A stretch of 64,000 nucleotides of DNA from a virus: the IMG/VR virus record IMGVR_UViG_3300031653_000001, positions 4,681-68,680 of that record; one strand, written 5' to 3'. Within the stretch, counting starts at the first letter, position 1. The number at the start of each line of letters is the position of its first letter. The translations under genes and the position numbers were made by a program. Positions 9,025-18,207 of the stretch are shown one piece after another. The notes under the pieces were generated by a model, which saw nothing but the letters and a program-made list of their open reading frames with translations, was not told the DNA's origin and searched no databases.

Positions 9025-9788
9025 GAAAAGGAATTATTTTAGCCGGAGGAAAAGCAACAAGACTATATCCTATTACAAAGGTAGTTAGTAAACAGTTGTT
9101 ACCAGTGTATAACAAACCTATGATTTATTATTCCTTATCAGTTTTAATACACGCAGGAATAAAAGATATATTATTAATATCCAATAAAGAACATATAAAA
9201 CTATATAAAAAATTGTTTAGTAATACAAAATTAAAAATAAATATTTCTTTCGCAATTCAAAAATCTGCAGGTGGTATTCCACAGGCTTTTATTATCGGCA
9301 AAGAATTTATTGGTGACAATAGTGTTTGTTTGATACTTGGTGATAATTTGTTTTTTGGTTATCAACTAATAAAAAAAATTAATAGAGCAAATAATATTAA
9401 TAATAAGGCCACTGTATTTGTTTATTCTGTTAATAATCCTAATAGATATGGTGTGTTAAATGTAGATAAAAATAATAAACCAATTTCAATAGTAGAGAAA
9501 CCAAAAAAACCAGAATCAAAATGGGCTGTAACAGGGTTATATTTTTATCCAAAAGGTATTGTAAAGATAGCAGAAGGATTAAAACCTTCTAAACGTGGAG
9601 AGATAGAAATTACAGATATAAACCAATTATATTTAAAAAGAAATAAACTTAATGTTGAATTTTTAAATAATGGAATGGCTTGGTTTGATATGGGTACATT
9701 TGAATCTCTAATTAATGCTTCTTTATATGTAAAAACATTAGAAGATAGGCAAAATATTATAATAGGAGATTTATTATGCGAAAGATAG
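9021..9788 (+). CDS. rmlA: Glucose-1-phosphate thymidylyltransferase
   Basis: RKGIILAGGKATRLYPIT, SKQLLPVYNKPMIYY, LILGDN, EKP, PSKRGEIEITD, WFDMGT. Confidence 0.95.
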   Translation: MRKGIILAGGKATRLYPITKVVSKQLLPVYNKPMIYYSLSVLIHAGIKDILLISNKEHIKLYKKLFSNTKLKINISFAIQKSAGGIPQAFIIGKEFIGDNSVCLILGDNLFFGYQLIKKINRANNINNKATVFVYSVNNPNRYGVLNVDKNNKPISIVEKPKKPESKWAVTGLYFYPKGIVKIAEGLKPSKRGEIEITDINQLYLKRNKLNVEFLNNGMAWFDMGTFESLINASLYVKTLEDRQNIIIGDLLCER

Positions 9789-10597
9789 GAATTATTGGTT
9801 CTGGATATATTGGTAATAGAATTTATAAAGAACTGGGAGCAGAGTTATTAAATGAGCATATATATACTTTGGGTGATTGTTATAAATTTTTAGACAAATA
9901 TTCTATAATAATAAATACAGCTGGATATATAGGAAAAAACAATGTTGACGAATGTGAATTAAATAGACAAAAAACATTATCAAGTAATGTGTTTTTGCCA
10001 ATAATTTTAGGCGAATATTGTTTACGTACAGGAAAAAAATTAATTCATATTGGTAGTGGATGTGTTTATTATTTTGACGAAATAAAACAATCTCCTATAA
10101 CAGAAATAGATGAGCCAGATTATTATAAATTATATTATAGTAGAACTAAAGTTTATGCAGAAAAGGTTTTAAAATATATTGCTAAAAAAGCAAATATTTT
10201 GATTTTGCGAATTAGAATACCTTTGGATTATATTTCTCATCCTAAAAATATTTTGAATAAATTAATTAAATATAAGAGTGTTATAGACGCAAAAAATAGT
10301 GTAACATATATTCCTGATATGATTTTAGCAATAAAACATTTAATTATTAATGACAAAAAAGGTATTTATAATTTGGTTAACAAAGGGGCATTGTATTATC
10401 CAGATTTGATGAATGAATATAAAAAATATAATACAAATTTTGAATTTACTATAATGAGAACAGAGGATTTGTTATTGGATAGAACAAATTTATTAATGAA
10501 CACAAAAAAGTTAGAAAAAACTGGGTTTAAAATTAGAGAGATAAAAGATATTATTCCAGAATGTGTTAGAAAATATGTGTCAAATGAAGTGCTATAA
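9776..10597 (+). CDS. NRS/ER (UER1)-type NDP-4-keto-6-deoxyglucose 3,5-epimerase/4-reductase (RmlD-like SDR)
   Basis: GSGYIG, AGYIGKNNVDECE, GSGCVY, YSRTK, LRIRIP, HPKNILNKLIKY, NSVT, GIYNLVNKG. Confidence 0.8.
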   Translation: MRKIGIIGSGYIGNRIYKELGAELLNEHIYTLGDCYKFLDKYSIIINTAGYIGKNNVDECELNRQKTLSSNVFLPIILGEYCLRTGKKLIHIGSGCVYYFDEIKQSPITEIDEPDYYKLYYSRTKVYAEKVLKYIAKKANILILRIRIPLDYISHPKNILNKLIKYKSVIDAKNSVTYIPDMILAIKHLIINDKKGIYNLVNKGALYYPDLMNEYKKYNTNFEFTIMRTEDLLLDRTNLLMNTKKLEKTGFKIREIKDIIPECVRKYVSNEVL

Positions 10598-10910
10598 ATG
10601 TAAAAGAAATTTACCGAACAAAAAATATTCAACAGCAAAAGGATGTATTTGGTGTGATAACAACTATGGATATAAAAAGAGCAAAGATAAAACAAAACAA
10701 ATTAAATTAAAACCAATATCTTTTATTTTTGATAAAGACCTTAATAAAATTGATATTCATCCTCTAAATATAACTTACTATACAATTACTGATAAAGTAA
10801 TTAAAATATTTACTAACAATAACATAACAATAGATATAAAGAGAGATAAAGTTTTTTATTGTCACTGGGAGCAGGACAAAAAAATACTGGAAAAATATTT
10901 TGAAAAATGA
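10584..10910 (+). CDS. Hypothetical protein with N-terminal CxxC/CxxC
   Basis: CYKC...CIWC; coupled to neighbours. Confidence 0.5.
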   Translation: MKCYKCKRNLPNKKYSTAKGCIWCDNNYGYKKSKDKTKQIKLKPISFIFDKDLNKIDIHPLNITYYTITDKVIKIFTNNNITIDIKRDKVFYCHWEQDKKILEKYFEK

Positions 10911-11539
10911 GATTTGATTATAATTTGAGACAAAAAGCTTGGACAGAATATTATAATAGTTTAATTTGGGATAAAAATATAACTTGGATGGGGATACTAA
11001 CCCAAAAACATCCATGTGATTTATGGATATATCAAGAAATTATCTACAAAAAAAGACCAGATATAATAATAGAAACAGGAACATTAAATGGTGGATCTGC
11101 TTTATTTATGGCGAATATTTGCGATGTGCTCAACAATGGTATTGTTATGACTATTGATATAAATTCAAAACCAAGAAATATAGATAGTTTTCCAAATCAT
11201 TCAAGGATAGAGTATATTGTTGGCTCTTCTACCAATGAAGAAATTTTTAGTAAGATGAAAAGATTTGTCTATAATAAAAATGTAATGGTTATATTAGACT
11301 CAAACCATTCTTATAACCATGTATTTAGGGAGTTGGAGCTTTATTCTTCTTTGGTAACTTCTGGGCAATATTTGATTGTTGAAGATACAGATAGTGAATA
11401 TTTTGGAGGAAATAGCAAAAGCGAAGCACTAAAGGCATTGACAGATTTTTTAGAAAATAACAATGATTTTATTGTAGATAGAAAAAGAGAAAAATTTATT
11501 ATAACTCAAAACCCAAAAGGATTTTTATTAAAGATATGA
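10907..11539 (+). CDS. CmcI/rhamnosyl O-methyltransferase family
   Basis: QKHPCDLWIYQEII, PDIIIETGTLNGGSA, VILDSNH, YLIVED. Confidence 0.9.
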   Translation: MRFDYNLRQKAWTEYYNSLIWDKNITWMGILTQKHPCDLWIYQEIIYKKRPDIIIETGTLNGGSALFMANICDVLNNGIVMTIDINSKPRNIDSFPNHSRIEYIVGSSTNEEIFSKMKRFVYNKNVMVILDSNHSYNHVFRELELYSSLVTSGQYLIVEDTDSEYFGGNSKSEALKALTDFLENNNDFIVDRKREKFIITQNPKGFLLKI

Positions 11540-11820
11540 TATATTATGTGGATATAGATGGTACATTAACTGATAACCCTAAGAAACAATGGGGAAAACC
11601 AAGAATAAAAAATATTAATAAAGTTAAAAAAATAATAGACGATCCAAAAAATATAGTAGTTATATGGAGTTCAGGAGGATGGGGATATGCAATGCTTTTT
11701 TGTGTAAAATATGATTTGAATCCAGATTTTATATTACCAAAACCAGATTATATCATTGATGATATACCTACTATTCGCAGTAAAGGAAGAATAACCTATT
11801 TGAACCCAGAACAGATATGA
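11536..11820 (+). CDS. Minimal HAD-family phosphatase (capsule-biosynthesis type)
   Basis: VDIDGTL, IWS, KPDYIIDD. Confidence 0.8.
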   Translation: MIYYVDIDGTLTDNPKKQWGKPRIKNINKVKKIIDDPKNIVVIWSSGGWGYAMLFCVKYDLNPDFILPKPDYIIDDIPTIRSKGRITYLNPEQI

Positions 11821-12770
11821 AATATAAAAGATTTTTAGTTAGTGGAGGATTGGGTTTTATTGGTAGTGAGTTTGTTAGACAGTTATATTATTATGGGCAA
11901 AAACCAATAATACTTGATAGTTTTACTTATGTTGCTGATTATAAACGAGTTAAAGAAACAGGATTAAAGGTTTACAAAGAAGATATATGTAATACAACGA
12001 AAATAAAAAATATTGTAGACAAGCAAGGAATAGATATTATTGTAAATTTTTCAGCAGAGTCTCATGTAGATAATAGTATTAAAAATCCAAAAGTATTTTT
12101 AGACTCAAATATCTATGGAGTATATTCTTTATTAGAAGTCGCAAAAAAAACTGGTGTACCCATAATACAAATATCTACAGATGAGGTTCTTGGTGATATT
12201 GAAATTGGTAGTTTTGATGAGAAAGCAAAGTTGAATCCTAAAAATCCATACTCTGCCAGTAAAGCAAGTGGTGAAAATTTAATTCAGAGTTATATAAATA
12301 CCTATGGTACTCAAGTGATAATAATTCGTCCTACAAACAATTATGGAATATGGCAATATCCTGAAAAATTAATACCTGTAGCATTAGCACATTTATTCAA
12401 AAACAAACCAATTCCTGTTTATGGCGAAGGACAGCAAATAAGAAGTTGGTTGCATGTGTATGACTGTGTTAAAGGAATTTTGAAAATTATAGAAAAAGGG
12501 AATATGGGGGAAATATATCATTTGGATAGCCGAGAGGAATATAAAAATATTGACATTGCAAGAATATTAAGTAAGATAGTTTGTAATAACAAAGATATGG
12601 TTAAGTTTGTTCCAGACAGAGCAGGACACGATTTTAGATATTCACTTTCAGCAGAAAAAACAAAGAAATTAGGATGGACACAAAAATGTTTTTTTAGAGA
12701 GAAAATACAATCAATTGTAAAGTGGTATTATGATAATAGAATATGGTTATTTTCAAAAATAAAAATATAA
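11817..12770 (+). CDS. rmlB: dTDP-glucose 4,6-dehydratase
   Basis: GGLGFIGS, AESHVDNSI, ISTDEV, PYSASKA, NNYG..QYPEKLIP, RAGHDFRY. Confidence 0.95.
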   Translation: MKYKRFLVSGGLGFIGSEFVRQLYYYGQKPIILDSFTYVADYKRVKETGLKVYKEDICNTTKIKNIVDKQGIDIIVNFSAESHVDNSIKNPKVFLDSNIYGVYSLLEVAKKTGVPIIQISTDEVLGDIEIGSFDEKAKLNPKNPYSASKASGENLIQSYINTYGTQVIIIRPTNNYGIWQYPEKLIPVALAHLFKNKPIPVYGEGQQIRSWLHVYDCVKGILKIIEKGNMGEIYHLDSREEYKNIDIARILSKIVCNNKDMVKFVPDRAGHDFRYSLSAEKTKKLGWTQKCFFREKIQSIVKWYYDNRIWLFSKIKI

Positions 12771-12901
12771 TGTTTGTTTTGAGTGTTTTTATTATTTCTT
12801 TTTTTGTGATTTTTGTTTTTATACCAATTACTATTGGGATTATAATGGGGGCTAAAACCAAAAAAGATTATATTAAATTATATAGGATATTATTTCTATG
12901 A
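12770..12901 (+). CDS. Small single-TM protein (43 aa, not in ORF track)
   Basis: MFVLSVFIISFFVIFVFIPITIGIIMG...; overlaps both neighbours (TAATG, ATGA). Confidence 0.5.
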   Translation: MFVLSVFIISFFVIFVFIPITIGIIMGAKTKKDYIKLYRILFL

Positions 12902-13635
12902 AAAAAATTTTAATAATTACTCCAATTTACAGTTATAAAAAATATGTTATAAAAGAATTTTTTACTGTGGTAAATAACTTAAAAGTTAACAATACTTTTA
13001 AAGTAGATATGTTACTAATAGACAATACTGATGATATAGGGGAGTTTTCTATATTTTTGATAGATTTTTTGGATAAAATGAATTTTAAAGTTCCTTATAA
13101 ATTAATAAGAATAGAATCTGATTATCAAATGAACTCAAGAGAAAAAGTGGGATTTTCATTTGCTTTGGCGAGAAATTATTTTTTGGGTCATTGTTACGAC
13201 AAAGCATTATTTTTAGAGGCTGATGTTATAGCACCCACAAATACAATATTATTATTAGACCAAGATAGCAAACCTATTGTTTCTGGGGTTGTAACAGCCC
13301 CGGGATTTGAAAAAGGTTGTGCAAAAACAGTAGATTTATGGGGGGCAGGAAAGGTAAGTCGCAGAGAACAATATACAGACCAAGAATATAAAAGGATGTG
13401 TAAAAAATATATTTTTCCTGTTGGCCAAGTTACTTTTGGTTGTTTAATGTTGGATAAGGATATACTTAGAAAAGTAGATATAGAATGGAATATAAATCAT
13501 TTACAACATCCAGATATTTTCTTTTCTTATCGGTGTAGGTTATTAGGATTAAAGATTTGGTTAGACACTAGAGTAAAATGTGTACATAAATGGAAAGAAT
13601 GGCGTAAAGAGAGAGGAGGAGTTATAAATCTATGA
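12898..13635 (+). CDS. GT-A fold glycosyltransferase
   Basis: IITP, LFLEADV (DxD-like), FGCLML, PDIFF, DTRVKCVH. Confidence 0.75.
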   Translation: MKKILIITPIYSYKKYVIKEFFTVVNNLKVNNTFKVDMLLIDNTDDIGEFSIFLIDFLDKMNFKVPYKLIRIESDYQMNSREKVGFSFALARNYFLGHCYDKALFLEADVIAPTNTILLLDQDSKPIVSGVVTAPGFEKGCAKTVDLWGAGKVSRREQYTDQEYKRMCKKYIFPVGQVTFGCLMLDKDILRKVDIEWNINHLQHPDIFFSYRCRLLGLKIWLDTRVKCVHKWKEWRKERGGVINL

Positions 13636-14126
13636 AGTTAAATTTAGGCTGTAGGCATCATAAAATAAAAGGGTTTGTGAATATAGATATAGACAAATCT
13701 GTAAATCCTGATATTGTTATGGATATTACAAAATTTAATAGATTTAAAGATAACTCTATAGATGAGATATATGCTTCTCATGTGTTGGAACATATAAACA
13801 GTGAAGTACGGTTTGATACTTTAAAGAAATGGTATGAATCCTTAAAACTAGATGGTGTTTTGTGGATAATCATTCCTGATTGTGAAATTTTAAAAACAGC
13901 ACCAAGCGAGATTTTTGTTTCTGATGGATATAGATGGGCTGGAAAGACAATAGAAGAACGTAGAGAAAATATTATAAAACATGCTGATGGTTTACACGCA
14001 ATAAAAGTAGAAGAAATGATGCTTGATGTTGGTTTTTCTTTTGTTTTGTCAAATCTATCCTTTTCAAAATGTCCATATATGGTTTCTAAATGGAAAGGAC
14101 AATCATTAACCAAAGGAATAAAATGA
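13632..14126 (+). CDS. Class I SAM methyltransferase (Methyltransf_11-like)
   Basis: KLNLGC, GFVNID, IYASHVLEHI, LKLDG...IIPD. Confidence 0.85.
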   Translation: MKLNLGCRHHKIKGFVNIDIDKSVNPDIVMDITKFNRFKDNSIDEIYASHVLEHINSEVRFDTLKKWYESLKLDGVLWIIIPDCEILKTAPSEIFVSDGYRWAGKTIEERRENIIKHADGLHAIKVEEMMLDVGFSFVLSNLSFSKCPYMVSKWKGQSLTKGIK

Positions 14127-15973
14127 GGAAAAAAATATTATGTGTAGCGTCAAATTATAATGTTTCGGAGGATATTTATAGAGTCTTTGCCAAAATAGCA
14201 AAATCAATGCATGGCTTTGACTTTTATTATATGGTTGGAGATAATGATATTTTGCCAAGAAGGAAAAATGTATCGGAAAATCCAGATATTGTAAAAGATA
14301 TGGATTATCTTTTTGTTTGGAATGGATGTTTGGAAAATGGAATTGGGTATAAAACAGCAAAAAAGGCAGAACAATATTTTATACCAACATTTTATTTGGA
14401 GCGAGGTTTTTTGCCCCAGGAATATTCTAAAAAGGAATGGACTTTTTATGTAGACAAAAGAGGGGTTGAATGTAATTCATCGGTTGGTCTTTGGAAATTG
14501 AAATCACTCACTGATATAGAAGAAAATAAATTAAAGAAAGAGATTAAATCGTTAGGAATATATGATGATAAGAAAGAATATGTTTTATTGGCATTACAAA
14601 TAAATGGTGATATTAGAATAACACAACAATCTACAATTTTTAAGGATATGCAGGAGCTAATAGATTTTGTTTGTGATAATTTAAAAGACAAAAAAATTTT
14701 GGTAAGAAAACATCCATTGGATAATAGAGGATATATATTGCCAAACAACGCAGTTTGGGATACTAATAAAAAGTTGGTAGACTCTATAGCAAAGGCAGAA
14801 AGTGTTATTACCATAAATAGCAGTTGCGGCCTATGGGCTTTGGCGGCGGAAAAACCTACAATAATTTTTGGTAGTTCATTGTATGAAAATATTACATATA
14901 AAGCGAATAAAAAGAATTTTTTAAATGTATATAAACAAGCAATAATGGAACCCAAACAAGGAATAAAATCATTTCTATATAAAATGTTGTTTGAGTTTCA
15001 GTATAATGAAAATAATATAGACAATAAAAGATTACAGAAATATATAGAGAATCCAAAAGTTTCTGTTGTTATAACAAATTATAATCATAATGAATATTTA
15101 GAAGAAAGTATTAAATCGGTTTTCGCTCAAAAATATGAACCTTTAGAAATTATAGTTATAGACGATGGTTCTGATAAAGATATAACATCCATAGTTAGCA
15201 AATATCCACAGATAAAGCTTTACAAACGAGCGCACTATGGGCTGAATAACGTTAGAAATTTTGCCATTCTAAATATGACAGGCGATATTTTTATGTTGCA
15301 TGATGCTGATGATGTTATGTTACCAGATAGAATTAAAACAAGTGTTTATTATCTTACAAAATATCCTGAAATAGATGCTGTTTATGGTAATTATATTGTT
15401 ACAGATAAAGATTTGCGCAACAAACACTTACACAGAAATGAAGAATATAATTTTAATGCTCAACTATTAACAAGAGCAAGCATAGTCCCAGCCGGTTGTA
15501 TGGCTGTTAGAAAAGAAAGTTTTATAAAATCGGGAATTTTTGATGTAAATTTTGATTTTGTTTCAGATTTAGAATGGGCTGACAGAGCATATTTTAATGG
15601 ATTGAAGTTTAAGTTTATTGACAAATCATTCATATATTATCGGCGACATAAAACTTCTATAGGATATTTAAACAATACTGAACAGGAGAGACAAGAAAAT
15701 ATAATAATGAATAGAATTATGGAACATAATAAAAAATTAGAAATAAGGAATAGGAAAAGACCAACATTAAAAGAGTACAAATATTCTAAAATTGAAAAAA
15801 TTATATGTATTTTAACAGAGGTTTGGAAGAGTAGATTTGATTTACAGAAAGCATTTCCTAATTTTCCCAATGATTTAGGGTATAAATATCAAGGAAAAAT
15901 GACTATATTGGAATGGGCTGAAAAACATGGGGTTAAAGAAGTACCAAAAATAAGAGACTATTATAAAAAATGA
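14123..15973 (+). CDS. KpsS/Capsule_synth-like transferase fused to GT2
   Basis: LERGFLP, LQINGD, RKHPLD, TINSSCG; then VSVVITNYN, IDDGS, HDADD, YYRRH; C-terminal RFDLQKAFP...W...HG. Confidence 0.85.
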   Translation: MRKKILCVASNYNVSEDIYRVFAKIAKSMHGFDFYYMVGDNDILPRRKNVSENPDIVKDMDYLFVWNGCLENGIGYKTAKKAEQYFIPTFYLERGFLPQEYSKKEWTFYVDKRGVECNSSVGLWKLKSLTDIEENKLKKEIKSLGIYDDKKEYVLLALQINGDIRITQQSTIFKDMQELIDFVCDNLKDKKILVRKHPLDNRGYILPNNAVWDTNKKLVDSIAKAESVITINSSCGLWALAAEKPTIIFGSSLYENITYKANKKNFLNVYKQAIMEPKQGIKSFLYKMLFEFQYNENNIDNKRLQKYIENPKVSVVITNYNHNEYLEESIKSVFAQKYEPLEIIVIDDGSDKDITSIVSKYPQIKLYKRAHYGLNNVRNFAILNMTGDIFMLHDADDVMLPDRIKTSVYYLTKYPEIDAVYGNYIVTDKDLRNKHLHRNEEYNFNAQLLTRASIVPAGCMAVRKESFIKSGIFDVNFDFVSDLEWADRAYFNGLKFKFIDKSFIYYRRHKTSIGYLNNTEQERQENIIMNRIMEHNKKLEIRNRKRPTLKEYKYSKIEKIICILTEVWKSRFDLQKAFPNFPNDLGYKYQGKMTILEWAEKHGVKEVPKIRDYYKK

Positions 15974-16563
15974 GGCGTTTAGTAAAAGATTTTATTTCTA
16001 TTTGTGTAAAGAATTTTCCTTTTGAAGAACCAATATATGAATTTGGTTCGCTACAGGTTAAAGGACAAGAGGGCTTTGCAGATTTAAGACCATATTTTCC
16101 CAATAAAGAATTTATAGGTACTGATTTTAGGCAGGGTCTTGGAGTAGATAAAATAATGAATCTGCATAAATTACCTTTAAAAAAAGAAAGTATAGGTTCT
16201 GCGATATGTGTAGAAACCCTAGAGCATACAAAACATCCCTTTAAAGCTATGAGTGAGATTTATAGGGTTTTGAAACCTAATGGAATTTGTGTAATAACTT
16301 GTCCTTTTTCTTTTCCTTTACATGATTATCCAAATGATTATTATAGGTTTACTCCAAGTGGATTTAAAATACTTTTATCAAACTTTAAATCGGTATATGT
16401 TGAACAGGCTGGGAGAGATATAATACCTCATACTGTTGTGGGAGTAGCATATAAAGGAGAAATTGACTTTTTGGCAAATAAAAAATTTTTAGGCGAAATA
16501 GAAGAATGGAAGGAATTTTATATTACAATGTATGGAAAAAATAGAAAAAGTGATCAAGATTGA
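15970..16563 (+). CDS. Class I SAM methyltransferase
   Basis: YEFGS, GTDF..GLGVD, ETLEH, RVLKPNG, HDYPNDYYRFT. Confidence 0.85.
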   Translation: MRRLVKDFISICVKNFPFEEPIYEFGSLQVKGQEGFADLRPYFPNKEFIGTDFRQGLGVDKIMNLHKLPLKKESIGSAICVETLEHTKHPFKAMSEIYRVLKPNGICVITCPFSFPLHDYPNDYYRFTPSGFKILLSNFKSVYVEQAGRDIIPHTVVGVAYKGEIDFLANKKFLGEIEEWKEFYITMYGKNRKSDQD

Positions 16564-16592
16564 AACATTTTTAAATCTCATTCGTCTTTAAT
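16561..16592 (+). promoter_or_regulatory. Putative late promoter copy 2, ECF-type TGAAAC-N16-CGTC
   Basis: Identical to 4022-4053; upstream of head-tail/tail operon. Confidence 0.75.
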
Positions 16593-16608
16593 ATTAGAAG
16601 GTGTAAAT

Positions 16609-16809
16609 GTGGTAAAAATTATTTTGGAAACACTTGATTCTTGGGGATTTAATGGGGGTAGTATAACTTTAATTATCCTTTTATTACTTGGCTATGTTAA
16701 GATTATTACAAATCATTACAAGCATATTTTAAGGTCAATAAGTAATATAGATAAAAGATTAGATGATATAGATAAACGAACAGTAAGATTAGAGACTTTT
16801 CACGAATAA
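16609..16809 (+). CDS. Small TM plus coiled-coil protein (holin-like)
   Basis: ITLIILLLLGYV TM segment then IDKRLDDIDKRTVRLE. Confidence 0.45.
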   Translation: MVKIILETLDSWGFNGGSITLIILLLLGYVKIITNHYKHILRSISNIDKRLDDIDKRTVRLETFHE

Positions 16810-16854
16810 GTTTGATTTAATTGACTAACATATTGAAACAGAGGGGGATATATT

Positions 16855-17277
16855 ATGAAAGCGTTTTTATTTAGTGGATATAATTTAGGGGATAAAGTTA
16901 TTTTTGAAATGATTAAAAAATCTTTGTCTATACCTACAGAATATATAGGTCAAGATGTGGATTTGAGTCAAATAAAACCAGTAAAAGAAAATCTGATAAT
17001 AATAATTAATCACTCACTTTTTAAGGTAGATTTAGAGCTTTTAATTGGTTATATAAATAAGGATTTATCTACTCCACTTGTAGTGGTAAAAAAGACCAAA
17101 ACATTTGGGGCTATTGGTTTTGGTGAATATAGAAGGGTAGATAAGATTTGGGCTAACAAAGTTTTTTTATTTGCTGGAATTATATATTTGCCCAAAGCAT
17201 ATTTTAGGAATAGAATGTCTGACATCTTTACAAATCTGGACAGAAACAAAAAGAAGGTAAGGAGTTATATATTATGA
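16855..17277 (+). CDS. Degenerate sugar-phosphate nucleotidyltransferase-like protein
   Basis: MKAFL..G, GDK.IFE.I, ENLIII, FG.I, AGIIYL, but GxGTR loop missing. Confidence 0.45.
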   Translation: MKAFLFSGYNLGDKVIFEMIKKSLSIPTEYIGQDVDLSQIKPVKENLIIIINHSLFKVDLELLIGYINKDLSTPLVVVKKTKTFGAIGFGEYRRVDKIWANKVFLFAGIIYLPKAYFRNRMSDIFTNLDRNKKKVRSYIL

Positions 17278-17861
17278 TACTTAAATCAGAGATAGCAACA
17301 ATTCTAAATATTGAAAGCTCGGACATAGACGATTATGTTTATTCTTGGGCGAAGGACATATTTTATACAATTACGGGGTTTAAAGAGACAGAATCTCAAA
17401 AATGGCATAGGATATTTATTCAGGAGGACACTCATTTTATATTATTGCCAGATAGTGATATAAAAAGTATTGACACTATTAAAATGGATAACACCGCCTA
17501 TGATTACACTAATTTTTCGGAATATACTTTGAACCCAGAAACAGGCTTTATATATTTTGAGACCAGCATTTCAGCAGATGTATTTCTTGAATTACAATAT
17601 ACAGCAAATGCTCATACTTATACAGATATTGATGGTTATCTAATATCACTATTAGTTTACAAAGGTATATGTGTTTTTACCCCTAATAAAATTGGGTTGG
17701 TAAAAAGTGTAAAAATTGGAAGATATAGTAAGAGCTTTAGTGATATATTCAAGGGTGGAGGGGTTTCTTCTTTAATGACATATTTAGAGAATGAAATTAA
17801 GTCAGCAACAAATATTGTTAAGGGTAGCAAAGATGGATTATCCTTTGGTGTCGCTGGGTAA
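17274..17861 (+). CDS. Head-tail adaptor protein
   Basis: Position; YTLNPETGFI, VKSVKIGRYSKSF. Confidence 0.65.
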   Translation: MILKSEIATILNIESSDIDDYVYSWAKDIFYTITGFKETESQKWHRIFIQEDTHFILLPDSDIKSIDTIKMDNTAYDYTNFSEYTLNPETGFIYFETSISADVFLELQYTANAHTYTDIDGYLISLLVYKGICVFTPNKIGLVKSVKIGRYSKSFSDIFKGGGVSSLMTYLENEIKSATNIVKGSKDGLSFGVAG

Positions 17862-17870
17862 GGAGCAAAA

Positions 17871-18203
17871 ATGTCAGATAGTATATTTGAATCGCTTTTG
17901 ACACACACAGTAGATATTAAGAGAAGGGTAAAAGGAGCCGTAAATTCATTAGGAGTTCCAGCAGAAACCTTTTCTACTTTGTATACCGATGTTGCTTGTT
18001 TGATACAAGATCAGCGTGGAACTTACATTTTAGAGCGCGAAGGAGAAGAGGTTAGCGTGGACTCAATAGGGTTTTTTAAAATAACACAGGATATATTAGA
18101 GGATGATATTATAGTTTTCGGTGCTAAAGAATATGCAGTTTATTTCATTGAGGATGCGGGTGGCCAGGAAGATCATTACGAAGTGGGATTAAAAAAGATT
18201 TAA
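17871..18203 (+). CDS. Head closure (stopper) protein
   Basis: HTVDIKR...NSLG...VACLI...EDAGGQEDHYEV; synteny. Confidence 0.7.
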   Translation: MSDSIFESLLTHTVDIKRRVKGAVNSLGVPAETFSTLYTDVACLIQDQRGTYILEREGEEVSVDSIGFFKITQDILEDDIIVFGAKEYAVYFIEDAGGQEDHYEVGLKKI

Positions 18204-18207
18204 AAAA

